Of a DNA stretch of 64,000 bases, positions 51,549-63,951 are shown in pieces. Source of the DNA: Chrysemys picta bellii (taxonomy: Eukaryota); the NCBI RefSeq assembly GCF_011386835.1, contig NC_088798.1:99448001-99512000 (forward strand), written 5' to 3'. The notes under the pieces were generated by a model, which saw nothing but the letters and a program-made list of their open reading frames with translations, searched no databases and was not told the DNA's origin. The translations under genes and the position numbers were made by a program. Position 1 is the stretch's first letter. Every line of letters starts with the position of its first letter.

Positions 51549-52789
51549 GAATCTCTGTAATTTGCCAAAACGTATCAAGCCCATCTGTAATCATAAGTAA
51601 GAAGAGTGTGATGTGTTACTGAATTCTAAATTAATCATGAGATATGGAGGGCTGCATTTCATAGGCAGAGAGAATGTAGGAGAATACTTGTCAGTCGTAT
51701 ATAAGACACATTCACAGTTCTGTTTCCAAAGAATCTTCCATTCCTAAATTGTTTTAGCAAAAAAGGGTTATATAGATGTTATTTATTATTCATTGCTTCC
51801 ATCCCTCAGGTGAATAACATGGGACTTCAGGAAACAAAAATTCCAGTGGCAGAAGATCTGCACAATGCTTGTGAACTCTTCCTCTTGAAAAAACTGTATT
51901 TTCACTTACTTCTTCTTGGAAGGTAAAATAACACTGCTGTCAACGGCTAATTGCTGCTGTGACCTAGCATGGCAACCTGACCATGAATGCAATAGAGTCA
52001 TTCGATCATATAAACAAATCATATGGGCTTACAGCGTAGAATGAGTGAGCCTTTGGGAGGCTAGTAGGCTGTAATATGCACAGGGAATATCAAAAGTCAC
52101 GTAGTTTGATGCATGCTAAGGACAGCAGTAAACTTAGTTCTCTCTTGCACAATGTAGAAACTTCACGGAGTTACACCAGAGTAAAAACAGAGTGAAGAAT
52201 CAGACCGATCATAAAAGGGTTTCAGACAGAATTAATAGTAAGTGCCATAGTTAAGGTTGCAAAACAGTTTCCTTTTAACCTGGTTTGAAACATTCACGTG
52301 ACAGGCACATTACAAACAATCTTATGAAAACAGTCACTTTTGGGTCTGACGCTATCCATACTTGGTCCTGCCTGAATGTGTTTGGGGGGGGGGGGGGGGG
52401 AGGAAGACGCGGCAGAAGGGGCAAATGGAACTTGCCCATTTAAATTTGAAAAACAAAATGCAAAAATTAAGGTTCGGGAAGCAAGAATAACCTGGCCACA
52501 ATATACATAGTAGTAGCACTTTCTTTTCCTGTTTTTCTACTGTAAATGTGTCCCCTGCTACAGTATTGTTGTGGTCTGAAAATGTATGTCGTATTGCAGA
52601 TTGTGTAGCATGGCTGAATTAATGATGCTGCTGGATCCTTAACTTCCGAATTCCTTGCTGATAGAGGAGGTCGGATTTGGGAACCTTACAGAGCTGTTCT
52701 GCACAGTTTGGAGCTTTGTTGTTTTCTGGCTTGCGGCAACACCAGGTCAAGGAAGGAGCAGGTGTATCTAGGACTATGTTCACCTACAA

Positions 52790-54627
52790 ATTCATAGATT
52801 TCAAGGCCAGAAGGGGAAACACCGCCTCTTTGTGGCAGGGGTGGGATGGGGTGTCGGAACCTCACCACTCCCAAGTTTGCGTGCTTGCCTCTCTGTCGGA
52901 GCCCCAATGAGGCCGAATGGCTTCTCTCCACGCAATCACCCGTTGGGCGGGCTAGTGTGCCCTAACGGCCAGAGTTCATATAAATCGCTCCCAGCGTTGC
53001 AGCAGTGCGGCCCAATGGGCAGAGTCCATATAACTCTTCTCTCGCAGGCAGGGTAGCGTGGCCTAGCGGCCAGAATCTGTATGATTCCCATGGTGGGTGG
53101 GTGGTAGGGGGACCTGGACCCACCCTCTTCCCTGTGTCCCGACCCAGGTTCCTGGTAGTGGCAAGTTCCCCTTGCAGTGGCAAGTTCCCCTTGCCACCAG
53201 CTCGGTGGGGATCCACCCGAAACATGCCGAGCGTCTGTGCGGCTCTAATGCCGTTTTCCTCTGAAGTTCCCCTGGGTCACTTCCTACCATAAACTCCGGG
53301 TTCTCTGCTTCGGGGGGTTCCTCTGGTCTGTTGCCCTCCTGTGATGTATTCTGTCTGGGCATCAGGGTGCGTCCCGGCTTGGCTGGCTCCGGATCCTGGA
53401 GCGCAGGCTGTCCCTCCTCAGGAGCTCGCGGCATGCCTCCTTCCCCTCCAGCGGTCAGCCCAGAGTCAGCAGCTCTGCAGCTTTATACTGGTTCTCCAGT
53501 TGGAGCATGCCCAGCAGAGCCTCATGGGCCTGGCTTCCTCTGCTAGGAAGGAAGGATTAACCCCTGTGGTACCAGTGCGGGGCCGCTCTGCCCCATCACA
53601 GGGCCACAGTGATTATTTAGCCTGAGCTCCTGTATAACACAGGCTATAGAACTTCCCCCAAATCATTCTTCGAGCAGTTCTTTAGAAAAACATCCAATCT
53701 CGATTTAAAAATATAGTCACTGATGGGAGAATCCACCACAACTTTTGGTAAATTGTTCCAATGGTTAATTACTCTCACCATTAAAAATTTACACCTTATT
53801 TCCAGTCTGAATTGTTTAGCTTCAACTTCCAGCCATTGGATTGTATTATACCTGTCTCTGCTAGATCGTAGAGCCCATTGTGAAATATCTGTTCCCCATG
53901 TAGATAGCTATAGATTGTTACCCAGTCACTCAATCTTCTCTTTGTTCAACTAAATAGATTGAGCTCTTTCAGTCTATCACTATAAGGCACGTTTTCTAAT
54001 CCTTTAATAATTATCATGGCTCTTCTTTGAACCCTCTTCAATTTATCGACATCCTTCTTGAATTGTGGGCACCAGAGCTGAACATAGTATTCCAACAGCC
54101 ATTGCACCAAGCTAATATAGAGGTAAGATAACCGCTCTACTCCTACTTGAGATTCCACTGTTTATGCATCCCAGGATTACGTTAGCTCTTTTGGCCACAG
54201 CATTGCACTGGGAGCTCATGTTTTCTGCTGATTATCCACCAGGACTGCCTGAATCTGTTGGGTCACTGCTTCTCAGGCTACAGCCCCCATCCTGTAAGTA
54301 TGGCCTACATTCTTTGTTCCTAAATGTATTCATTTATACTTAGCCATATTACAATGCATACTTACTTGCTTGTGCCCAGTTTACCAAGTGTTCCAGATTG
54401 CTCTGAATCAGTAACCTGTCCTCTTCGTTATTTACCACTCCTTCAATTTTTGCGTCACCTGCAAACTTTATCAGCGATGATTTTATATTTTCTTCCAGGT
54501 CACTGATAACAATATTAAATAGAGTACCCGTCCCTGTGGGATCCCACTGGAAACACATCCATGCAATGATGATTTCCCATTTACAATGACATTGAGACCC
54601 ATCAGTTGGCCAGTTTTTAATCCATTT
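52790..54627 (-). mobile_element. 5'-truncated CR1 LINE interrupted by an LTR
   Basis: 3' end TTCATAGATTTCAAGGCCAGAAGGG at 52790-52816 resumes at 53601; ORF2 remnants WIKNW...TLFNIVISDLEENIKSSLIKFAGDAKIEG (FADD motif mutated) and LEYYVQLWCPQFKKDVDKLKRVQRRA. Confidence 0.92.
52817..53600 (-). mobile_element. Solo LTR (Gypsy-like) nested in CR1, left end deleted
   Basis: GC-rich block ending CCCCATCACA; minus-strand TATAAA at 53482-53487; internal 19-bp tandem duplication AGTGGCAAGTTCCCCTTGC; no TG terminus or TSD on the left side. Confidence 0.75.
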
Positions 54628-55811
54628 GCATCCACAGAGTGGGAATGCACTGGACACCAACTGTGTGGAGGCTTGAAGGCAGCAACTCGGATGCATGCTG
54701 GGTTAAGAACTGTCCCTTTAAAATATTAAGTAATAAAATTACCAAATCAGTTTCAACTATTTAGAGTTTGTTGGGCCTATTTCAAATGGGCTGATCATTT
54801 TTATTGGCATGACTCAGAATAAATTCATGGAAGAGGAAAGATCTAGGTTGATACAAAGGAGCATACAGTTCAGTACTGCCCCTCTGAAATCAATGTCTAA
54901 ATTCCTAATGACTTCAATGAGTGCAACATCAGGTTCCATAATTAGGATTAGTTGGACGGAATTTTAAAAAAAGGGAAAATTTAGGCTAAAGAAACCTCCT
55001 GTGAGGGGAAATCTATCCACCTGTGGAATTGTCTGCCAAGGAAAGTAGTGGAAGACATGTTATCTGGGACTTTTTTTAAAGCAGACAAAACAATGAAAAA
55101 ATGTTTTTCAAGGGAGAAACCTTCTGTTCACATGGAGATGGGCCATTTGCCTATTAGGACTTTTTCCACTGTGATTCACTAACATCCTGTGTAATTCACA
55201 ATGGGCCAGATTATGATTCCCATTCTCATGATGATGACTACCTGACTTCACAAACAGTTGCACTGAAATCGACAGGATTGCTTGTGGAGTACCCAATGTA
55301 AGTGTATTAGACTCTAAGCCAAAGACAAACTAGCCTTTTTATTTTGTATTCCAGTTTGTTCTACAAACAGAAGAACATGTATTTGCCTTGATGCTGTAGA
55401 AGTAACACTATATATTGGTTCAACACTTTGGCGGGGAGGCGGGGGAGGGCAGGGAGAGAGGTATTTTAAGCAGTTTTGAAACTATCTGAATTGTAATTGA
55501 AGTTGGATGTGCTGAATGAAAACATTTGTGTTTTTCAGTGACTCTTTGGAAATGACATTTGCTCTAAAATCAATCAACAATTCTGGTGTTAAACATTACA
55601 CTATATTATAAACTGCAAAGAAAAGACTGTGGATGTTGTAAATAGCACGGTGCACACACGTTTTGATATATACATCTCATCTGTGTTAAGGGAAGTCACA
55701 AATATACATAAATTCCATGCAAGCTGCACTGACAAATTCAGCTTACTTCTCTGCAGCTAAACATCTAAATCAAATGTATTTTATGCTTTTACTTATTTGT
55801 CAATCCTTTTA

Positions 55812-55825
55812 GTGACATCTAGTGG
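55812..55825 (-). promoter_or_regulatory. Candidate CTCF site
   Basis: Minus strand CCACTAGATGTCAC differs from the CCASYAGRKGGCRC consensus at one position; CTGCA lies 13 nt upstream, as expected for the upstream motif. Motif match only. Confidence 0.4.
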
Positions 55826-56216
55826 AGTCTGTGCAAAATGCAGTTCTAGAATTCATAGTGATTAGATTCTAATGTGACTGCAGTAAGTAAAACATTTTAT
55901 TTAAATCCTATACCATTCTAAGTGATTTTTTCACTTCCACGTTCAATCTTTTTCCTTTAAGAATGTGTGGCATGACACTCTTAAGGAAAGATAAAAGACA
56001 ACTAAACTTTCAACTCTCTCTCTCTCTGGCCCAAATTATTATCTACTTTATTCCCTCCCTCCACCCCCCTTCCCTCAAAAAAATCACAAACAGCCCCACT
56101 GAGGCTGTTATTGCTTAATAATTTCTTATTTGAAAACTTATCTATTCTTCCTGCACCTTGTAACACTTCTATATAATCAGAATTACAAGCACACAGTGAC
56201 AAACAATCTCAACAGA

Positions 56217-56228
56217 GGTCACGTGACC
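56217..56228. promoter_or_regulatory. Perfect extended E-box (CLEAR/USF-type palindrome)
   Basis: GGTCACGTGACC 12-bp palindrome in repeat-poor DNA; function unproven. Confidence 0.35.
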
Positions 56229-57139
56229 ATAAATCAGACGTATCTGATAATTACACAAAATCAGATTCTGAACAGGATTGGATTCTGAGTTTTCTGAAGT
56301 CAGTAAAAGTCATTCAATCAATGGGCTTTTGGATCAGACCAGAATGAATTTGAAGGAATCGGATTCATCAGCAAATATAATTCTCTGAACAAGAGTAAAC
56401 ATGCATTTTCTGTCTAGAAGACAGACGGAATGAGCACAAGGTTTCAAAGGCAAAACTTCTGAACAAGGGCTAGCAGTCCTATGAAATATAGTGTAGGTTT
56501 CCTATAACTTTTGAAACTTCCCCCCACCCCCAAAGTACAAACAAGTGACTGCTGTAAAGTAAGACTGTATTTACAGGATCCGATTTGGGCTGTGTGAACA
56601 GTATGGCAACCAAATGCAAACTGGACTAATAATACAAGGATTCATTTGTATTTGGGAAACACAAAACCCTTTACATAAAACAGGCTAGTATTAGCTCTCG
56701 GGAGCTAATTTGGATCCTATATATTGATTTTTATAATCCAGTACCAATTATTAACAAATTACCCACCTACCTTCAAAACACAGGGGAACAGTGTGGGGGC
56801 TTCAAAAAAATTATAACAGCATGCTTTGGATGAAATATTATTGATAACTAAATATCTATTGACTTTTAAGCTAAAAAACAATGAAGTCAGGTACTGCATG
56901 GGTGACTTTTGAAGCACCTACCAGAAAATGAGATCGCTTATTTCAGTTGACAAAGGCCTCATTTTCCAAGGTGCAGTTAAGTCAATGGGAACTGCAGGAA
57001 TGCAGCACTTCTGGGCACCAGGTTTGAAGTATTCTGGTTTGGATTCTGGATGGAAGTCCAGTGCATTTTATCACCCATTCCATCCCCCCAAACCGTCAAG
57101 GTGTATCAAACAAAGGATTAAAAAATAATTCAAACACAC

Positions 57140-57729
57140 CAACCGTAACAGTTCAAACATTTTACTAAATCAATTCACACAAATTCCAAATTGCAAATAT
57201 AATTAAGGACAACAGAGTTTTTTTGTTTTGTTTCCCCCCCCAGATTCATCATTAAGACAATAAACAAACAAATTAGTTTTGTAGCATGTGTTCTTTTTTT
57301 TTTTTTTTTTTTTTTTAAATGAAAGGAACGCCACGCGATGTATTGATAAAGCACCACAACACAGTTACAAAATAGGATCTGCCGGTTTCTTCCACAAGTA
57401 AAAGACTACAGACTGCTAACAACTTTCTGCATCAATCCATACTTCATTAAAATAAAATTATAAAATCTCCTAGATTACACTAAAAATCAGACGATGCCTG
57501 GAATACAGTGCATTAACAGCAGTAATGCCAACTATCATCAGTGCCAACATAAAAACATTTTAGAAAGTAAAAAACCAACCAAAGAAAACCAACAACAACA
57601 AAAAAAACCTTTATTCCCCTATATGAGCAAAATTTAAAATAAGGGGTGCTCTGCCTCACAATGAGTTAAGGACTGGGGACGGGGGGTGGGGAGAATAGGT
57701 AGGAGGGCTGGTATTGTAGCTTTCTAGGC
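57140..57729 (-). other. MACROH2A1: MACROH2A1 3' UTR (end approximate)
   Basis: Follows the stop codon. AATAAA at 57610-57615 and AGTAAA at 57161-57166, the latter followed by a GU-rich tract (GGTTGGTGTGTTTG); internal A23 tract at 57294-57316. Confidence 0.65.
57161..57166 (-). terminator. MACROH2A1: Candidate distal polyadenylation signal (AGTAAA variant)
   Basis: Minus strand ...GATTTAGTAAAATGTTTGAACTGTTACGGTTGGTGTGTTTG: variant hexamer plus downstream GU-rich element. Confidence 0.45.
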
Positions 57730-58050
<321 letters not shown>

Positions 58051-58140
58051 TCAGGTTTTAACAGTTTTTTAGCTATTGAGACATAGAGCTCAAATGCACT
58101 GGTAATTAAAAATACGTTTGTGGAGGAAAATACTCATAAA

Positions 58141-58360
58141 ACAATAATCCTTTGCACTTTCATCCAAAGATCTTGAATCTCTCTACACACGTTAATGAAT
58201 TAAGCCTCACAAGACCCCAGTGAAGTTATTTATTATCTCCATTTAACAGATGGGTACACTGAGTCACACAGACACCAAAGGACTTGAGCAAAGCTGTTCG
58301 TGTATAAAGATATTTGCAGGCCCAGGAATAGAACCTTGTAGTTGTGACTCCCAGTCCCTT
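58141..58360 (-). mobile_element. MIR-like CORE-SINE (intronic)
   Basis: TTAAGCCTCACAAGACCCCAGTGAAG...CTCCATTTAACAGATGGGTACACTGAGTCACA...CCAGGAATAGAACC...GACTCCCAGTCC. Confidence 0.7.
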
Positions 58361-58567
58361 GTGAGAATTTCACAGACTGATGTTTAAGTGGTATAAAGGA
58401 TACTTACTATACTTTTTGCTTGCCAAACAGGAGGCCTAATGAGGCCTCTCTGAAATTCAGAGATAAGGCCATGTAAGTTACACAATGGGAGAAGGGCATA
58501 AATGCGAGAGACTTGTTCACCTAAATTAAACATTACCTCTTATCTCGTCTCCTAAATTCTATACTTA

Positions 58568-58852
58568 GGCTTGGTCTACACTACCCCCCTAATTCGAACT
58601 AAGGTACGCAACTTCAGCTACATGAATAACGTAGCTGAAGTCGACGTACCTTAGTTCGAACTTACCTTGGTCCACACCCGGCAGGCAGGCTCCCCCGTCG
58701 ACTCCGCGGTACTCCTCTCGGCGAGCTGGAGTACCGCAGTCGACGGCGAGCACTTCCGGGTTCGACTTATCGCGTCCAGACTAGACGCGATAAGTCGAAC
58801 CCAGAAGTTCGATTGCCAGCCGCCGAACTAGCGAGTAAGTGTAGCCAAAGCC
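58568..58852 (-). mobile_element. Young PIF/Harbinger MITE (copy E), intronic, inverted relative to copy D
   Basis: TIRs GGCTTGGTCTACACTAC...GTAAGTGTAGCCAAAGCC; flanks TTA / TCA; 7 substitutions in 285 bp versus copy D by manual alignment. Confidence 0.95.
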
Positions 58853-60180
58853 TCACAGTAGTAGCAGGGCTGAAAATGCCCAGTTTTCAGAAAACTCATG
58901 GAAAGCAGCAACAAAACTTTTGCCTATCAGAGAGTCACCCAAGTAGAGAAAAGGGGCTTGGCCGGCTGAAGCCAAGGTAATTGGAACCTTCTGCATCAAG
59001 TTTGTTGAATTTGGTCCACAGTCTCCTAATGTAAACAGTTGTGCATAGTAACTATGCAGCAGCTGGATTAATCAGGTGAGACAGGTGACAGAAGAAATGA
59101 AGAAGTAAAGAAAGGAGCTGAATGGAACGGAGGAAGTATTTTTAAAGATTTACACGACACAGGAAACTGTAAAAAATTATACTGACCAGCCACAGGTGTT
59201 CAATACTTTTACACTAGAATTTTCCTACAGATTTCAAACAAATGTTTTGCCCCACTCCGGGTCACATCCTCTTCCATATATCTGGATTCCAGTTCAACCC
59301 AATCTGTTTTATGACAGCCATTTGGCTCTATAAAAATCTTGTAAAATCTCCTGTCTCAAAAAATAAAATACAATAAAAATGCAACCATCTAGTTACATTT
59401 CAGCAGTCGGATAACAGATCTGAATGTTGGCTGAACTGATAATATGTGACAAGTCTTTTGCATATCTTGTATTGGGAAATATATACAAAAAGCCACTCAC
59501 ATTTTAAGCTCCACTGGAAACAATTGGCCCAACCCAGGAGAATGTCTCTGTGACCTTCTGGGCTCTGCAGACTTGGAAGGCCACATAGGCTGCCTACACA
59601 AAAGCTCAACGCACTGTGTAGAAACACTGATCTGTTGCAAAGAGCCAACTACCCACCTCTCATCCTTGCATACCATCGATCTGGGGTACAGCGCTGGAGG
59701 AATGAGAGCTTGCAAAAAGAACTCTCCACCTCCTATCTCAGCGTCTTTTTGCCCTTCCCCACTGGAACCAGAGAGACTGTAAAGCCAAAGGAACCCCATT
59801 CATGGCCACAAAAGGGGGAGGCAGTACAGATTATGGCAGGTCATGGGCCTTGGTGATTATGAAGGTATCTGTCCTATCCTGATTACTGGAGAGGTGTGGG
59901 TGGGCCCACAACATTCCTGGAGGGAGCAGGGGCCTTTGAGTACAAAAGTTAGGGTTCCTTCATTCTGACGGTTTGGTTTCAGAGAAACATCTGGGCCTCC
60001 TCTCATTCCTAACCGTCAGCCCCACAGCTGCCACCATGAAGTTATTGCCACTTCTGGGAAAAGCATCTACAGCTGCATTACTTCGTTTCCTGACAGGCAG
60101 ATTAAAGATTGAGGCACTTAGGTAGTTATAAGGCCCTCATTTATTGTGGTTGCTAAAGAGAGGGTAGATGGATTGTGTGG

Positions 60181-60433
60181 AGGCAGCATATCTAGTGGAC
60201 AGGCCACTGAACTGAGAGTCAGGGGTGGCTCTGCCACTGAGCCGCTGGGTGCCCACTGGGCAAGTCACTTCACCTCTCTGTACCCACTTCTCTTCCCTGC
60301 CTTTGGCCACCGTGGTCTATTTAGACAAGGGTTTTGTCTCTTGCTCTGTGTCTGCATAGTGCCTAGCACATCAGAGCTTTGGAACATGGACACTGGCTGG
60401 GGCCGCTAAGCGGCACTGGAATAAAAATAAGAA
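60181..60433 (+). mobile_element. tRNA-derived SINE with L2-like tail (intronic)
   Basis: Head GGCAGCATATCTAGTGGACAGG...; core GGGCAAGTCACTTCACCTCTCTGT; tail ...GTGCCTAGCAC...AATAAAAATAAG. Confidence 0.7.
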
Positions 60434-60795
60434 GTCTGTGGAACGTCAGTGACTAGTAGCCACAGAGCCTGCTTTCTGTTGTACAAGACGTGCATTATAG
60501 GGAACAACAGTACTTGGTACATGGAAAAAGACAATGGCTAAAATATTCAAAATTGCCCACTGACTTTCAATGATTTAGGCTCTTAAATTACTTTTGCCTT
60601 TTGGAAAATATTAGGAAAGGGTCAAAAACTTGCACCATTAAAAATTTTGCCACTGACTTTAATGAGAATAGGATCAGGCTCTAAGGAAACAAGGTTGTTT
60701 TTTCCCCACCAAGAAAGTTTTACATAGCAAAGGAAAGGTTTGTTTTTTTTAAAGCCACTCTTGCATTTAAGCAAAGAGAATGCTTATGTTATAGT

Positions 60796-61015
60796 TAGGC
60801 TTGGCAGAATTAGATTTTGTATATTTTGTCAAAATATACCAAGTAACTAGCCTTAAATCAAACTCTAAGAAGTTCTCAAGCAGCATTTTTCTTATTCCAC
60901 TTATCTATAAATTTCAATTACCATCAATGCAAATTATTTTTGTCGGTTTGTGTGTCTAGGGTGAAATCGAAGGTTATCGATATTTACCAATAAAAATCTA
61001 ATCCTTCCAAGCCTA
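60796..61015. mobile_element. hAT-type MITE (intronic)
   Basis: TIRs TAGGCTTGGCAGAATTAGATTTT...AAAATCTAATCCTTCCAAGCCTA; 8-bp flanks GTTATAGT / ATTGTAGT (6/8). Confidence 0.8.
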
Positions 61016-61882
61016 ATTGTAGTATTGGTGTTACTGAGATACTCACCTACTAGTAATACAAGGGAATATTACTCCTTACTTACAAACTGCACAACAGTGT
61101 TGGGAATTAGTTAGTGTTTGTCCAGCACTTTGAAGATATAGGGCCATATTCACCCGTGGCATTAACAGGTGCTACATCATTTAGCATTGGATTATACCTA
61201 CATTGAATCTGGCCAATAAATACTGTTTTATTCTTCCTCTTATTATATGCTGGAAGAAGTAGGAAAGCCAGAAGACAAGGCAGTTGCTTGTGCCATGTTC
61301 CACATATTACACATAACACCTTATCATAAAATATATTCTGACACTGTGTGGTTGTACTGTATATAATGGGATATTGGACAAGCTGCCTGTAGTAAGCCTG
61401 GGATATTTCAAAACTGATGACATGAAATTGCACATGTTGTTCCCCTCTTATCAGAGCAGGTTTCCTAAGCTAGTTTAGCTGTCCTAGTGAGGCGCATCTC
61501 TATGTAGGAACAACCCAATGGTGGTGCACAGCTGTCATAGGAGCTCTTATACCCTCACCTGCTGCTGGCTTAGCAAAGAACAGGGCATGCGGCCAGTAGG
61601 CCTCTGTACTCCACCATTCCCCAGCTCTCTCTCTGGTCCCTTGTGGATGTTTCAGACGGATATAAATTAGAGGGGACTTCAGGCTGTTTCTACTACAGGA
61701 GTACAGTAGGGGGACTTATGCAGTCTAGTCCCAGGAGCAAAGGAGTGTGATAGGGTGTACAATTTTTGGCACGCCCCAGGGATCCTGCTGCACCCCACCG
61801 CAATGGTGTCCCAATTAGATGCCAAGAGAGAATACAGGCAGGGCTCTGGGGGCTTAATTCCCAGGATTAAGAGAGCTCCAGG

Positions 61883-62027
61883 ATTAGATTGTAAACTCTA
61901 CTTAGACTTAAATTCTTGGGGGCAGGGACTGTTTTGTTTGGTGTTTGTACGGTGCCTAGCACTATGGGTCCCGATCCATGACTGGAGCTTGTAAGTGCTA
62001 GGGTAATACAAATAAATAATAATAACC
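61883..62027 (+). mobile_element. 3' tail of an L2-tailed SINE or L2 (intronic)
   Basis: TTAGATTGTAAACTC...GGGGCAGGGACTG...GTACGGTGCCTAGCACTATGGG...TAATACAAATAAATAATAATAA. Confidence 0.7.
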
Positions 62028-63319
62028 AGGGAGGCATTCACGTCTGCAAGCTGACTAGATGCGAGGGAGTTTATTTAGGGTCAACATGTTAGAAAGAGCA
62101 AAGAGAGACCTGGGGAGTGAGGTGCTGACCAGAGACCAGCTTAAGGGCTTTCAGGGAAAACAGGAATTACTTGTATAGCATTGCATTATTTTATTTTGAG
62201 CTTAATTCTTGTAAAACTGCAGTTTGAGATTTTTCCCAAACTGGTGTCAATACAGATTAAAGTCAGAGCCCCTGAAATAAAACCCCATTCAGAGGGGGTG
62301 ACTTTGTATTCACACTGAACCTCTAGTGAACTTCTCTCCCTCGTGGTTCTCCCCAGGGCCATGCTACAGTGAGCTTTAAGCCACCTTTGCACAGCACCCC
62401 CTGACTTGTGCTCTCTGAAGGTTGGCCCTAGCTGAGCATCTGACTGCTACAAGCAAGCGATTTTATTTCCCCCCTGAAGCACAAAATGATTTATTGTAAC
62501 TGCCCTCACATAATCCCATTCCTCAGCCATAAAAGAGAATGAAGCCGTTTACGTGGGTTTATTGAGTGATGTCTGTTTGGCAGATGTCCGTACCAGAACA
62601 GCTGTGTGCATGTGCGGCCTTTGGCGTCTGTTGTCCTTAAAAGCTTTATTTATTTAAAAAAAAAAAAACTTTTTACTTTATAAAACAACAGTAGAGACAG
62701 AATGAATATATTCTCCTTCATAGAAATTAATTACATTCCGCTTGTTACCCACTTGAATTAAAGAAAACACCTAAGTATTTATATCTTCCATGTTCTGAAG
62801 GCTGCAATCCCCAACATTCTCATTGGCTTCAGTGAGAATTACATGCCCATACCAAGAGAATATACCCCAAAATCTTGTCCATCAGTCAGACAGGCTCACA
62901 ATTGAATGATTATTTGGGATTTCATTCTATTCAACAGCAATACTCTCCTTGTAACAACAGCTTCTGTAAGTCCTCCAGTTGAGAAAAAAATATACCATGT
63001 TCTGTTTTGTAAGGACTGCCATGTCGAGCAGTACACTTTGCATAAACATTGTTCTTCACAAAAAGTCTCCTTGAAGCTGCATAATGTTACATGCTCTTAA
63101 AGTGACATATGCCAACATTCTTTCTGTATGAGCTATTAACTTGTATTTTTAAACCTGGTATGACGTATATCCCTTCTGTTTCAATAAAAATGATAGGGAT
63201 AATTTACATTTTATAGTGCAAATTATTCCAAAGGATCCAACAGTACTTTACACTGTATGAAGGATATACAGGAATCAATTCCCCACTGAAATAGAGCCCC
63301 TTGGGGGGGGTTGGGGCTA

Positions 63320-63461
63320 AGGGGGAGAGTCCCAGAGCCTGGGCTCCAGCCCACCCCAAAAATCTACAATGAAATTGTATAGCCTCACATCCTGAGCCCA
63401 GGAGCACGAATCAGCTGGCATGGGCTGGCCTCCGGTGTTTTATTGCCATGTAGACATACCC
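63320..63461. mobile_element. Partial PIF/Harbinger MITE (right end)
   Basis: Ends ...GCCATGTAGACATACCC followed by TAA; left half missing. Confidence 0.6.
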
Positions 63462-63951
63462 TAAGTGTTTGACCGCCGATACTTAGACTAACACTAAGCC
63501 AAGTCTTGTTGCTATCATACGACATATTCGCAGTGGGGCTAACTACACACTAAATCTTGGTAAGATAGATTCCTTTTCTTCATGTTTATTTTTCAAGTTT
63601 TTGTTAGATTATTAAAATGTGTTAATTTAAAATATTTTAATGCACTCATAAAAATGCATTTTATTCACTTGAACGTATTTGTGTACTTTATGATTCTGCA
63701 GGGATTATTGTTAAACCTGCTCAAGTCTGAGCTATGATTCACTAGAGTATTTCAATTGGGATTTACTGGTTGAACTAGTCTACAAGCAAGGGGCAATTTC
63801 ATTAAAGAGATCTGAATTGAGTGGGTGAACAAGAATAAATCAATATTGCCGCAATGGGAGTTATGCCCAAGTAAGGACTGGAGGACGTAGGATTGCATTA
63901 GAAAATCTGACCCACACCAAGTTAGGTAATAGGTTTGCATGACAACCTTAC

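Noticed and set aside
52384-52400. G17 homopolymer as a G-quadruplex element
   Set aside because: Isolated simple repeat whose length may be an assembly artefact; no functional context.
57506-57512. miR-148/152 7-mer site (UGCACUG) in the 3' UTR
   Set aside because: A single 7-mer is expected by chance, and conservation could not be tested.
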